From contig OX597814.1 of NCBI GenBank assembly GCA_951406725.2, positions 31,186,001 through 31,250,000 on the forward strand: a DNA stretch of 64,000 nucleotides, in the 5' to 3' direction. Positions within the stretch are counted from its first letter, which is position 1. Every line of letters starts with the position of its first letter. Under the pieces are notes generated by a model. That model saw nothing but the letters and a program-made list of their open reading frames with translations, searched no databases and had not been told where the DNA came from. The stretch comes from Octopus vulgaris (taxonomy: Eukaryota). The position numbers were made by a program, and so were the translations under genes. Below are positions 63,910 through 64,000 of this stretch, in pieces.

Positions 63910-64000
63910 GTGTGTGTGTGTATGTTTCTGTGTCTGTGTTTGTCCCCCCAACATCACTTGACAACCGATGCTGGTGTGTTTATGTCCCCGTTACCTAGCG
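63910..64000 (+). mobile_element. SINE family D 3' part (runs off window)
   Basis: gtgtctgtgtttgtcccccca..cttgacaaccgatgctggtgtgttt..tccccgt. Confidence 0.85.

Overview
AT-rich eukaryotic (animal) non-coding DNA with very dense microsatellites ((TA)n, (TATC)n, (TACA)n, (AAT)n, (CA)n) and many interspersed repeats. The repeat repertoire points to an octopod cephalopod intron or intergenic region; this is an inference. I found no intact host CDS, tRNA, rRNA or CRISPR, and most ORFs in the supplied track are microsatellite or SINE artefacts. Supportable content: about 25 tRNA-derived SINE copies from several families that swap head/body and tail modules, many with clear target-site duplications (TSDs); R4/Dong-type (restriction-like endonuclease, RLE) non-LTR fragments sitting in (AAT)n tracts; Tx1/L1-like, CR1-like and Penelope (GIY-YIG) remnants; two mariner elements (one nearly intact); a hAT 5' end; a Merlin-like MITE; and a non-autonomous Helitron. 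The most interesting signals are RNA-structural. Four sequence-unrelated Penelope-type hammerhead ribozyme motifs are present, one of them split across the arms of a 445-bp palindrome. A compact, highly structured RTE-type non-coding element sits at about 2.5 kb. A repeat-poor, CpG-richer patch at about 52.2-53.0 kb may be the first exon of a minus-strand host gene, with an in-frame UGA. All identifications are by eye; no searches were run.
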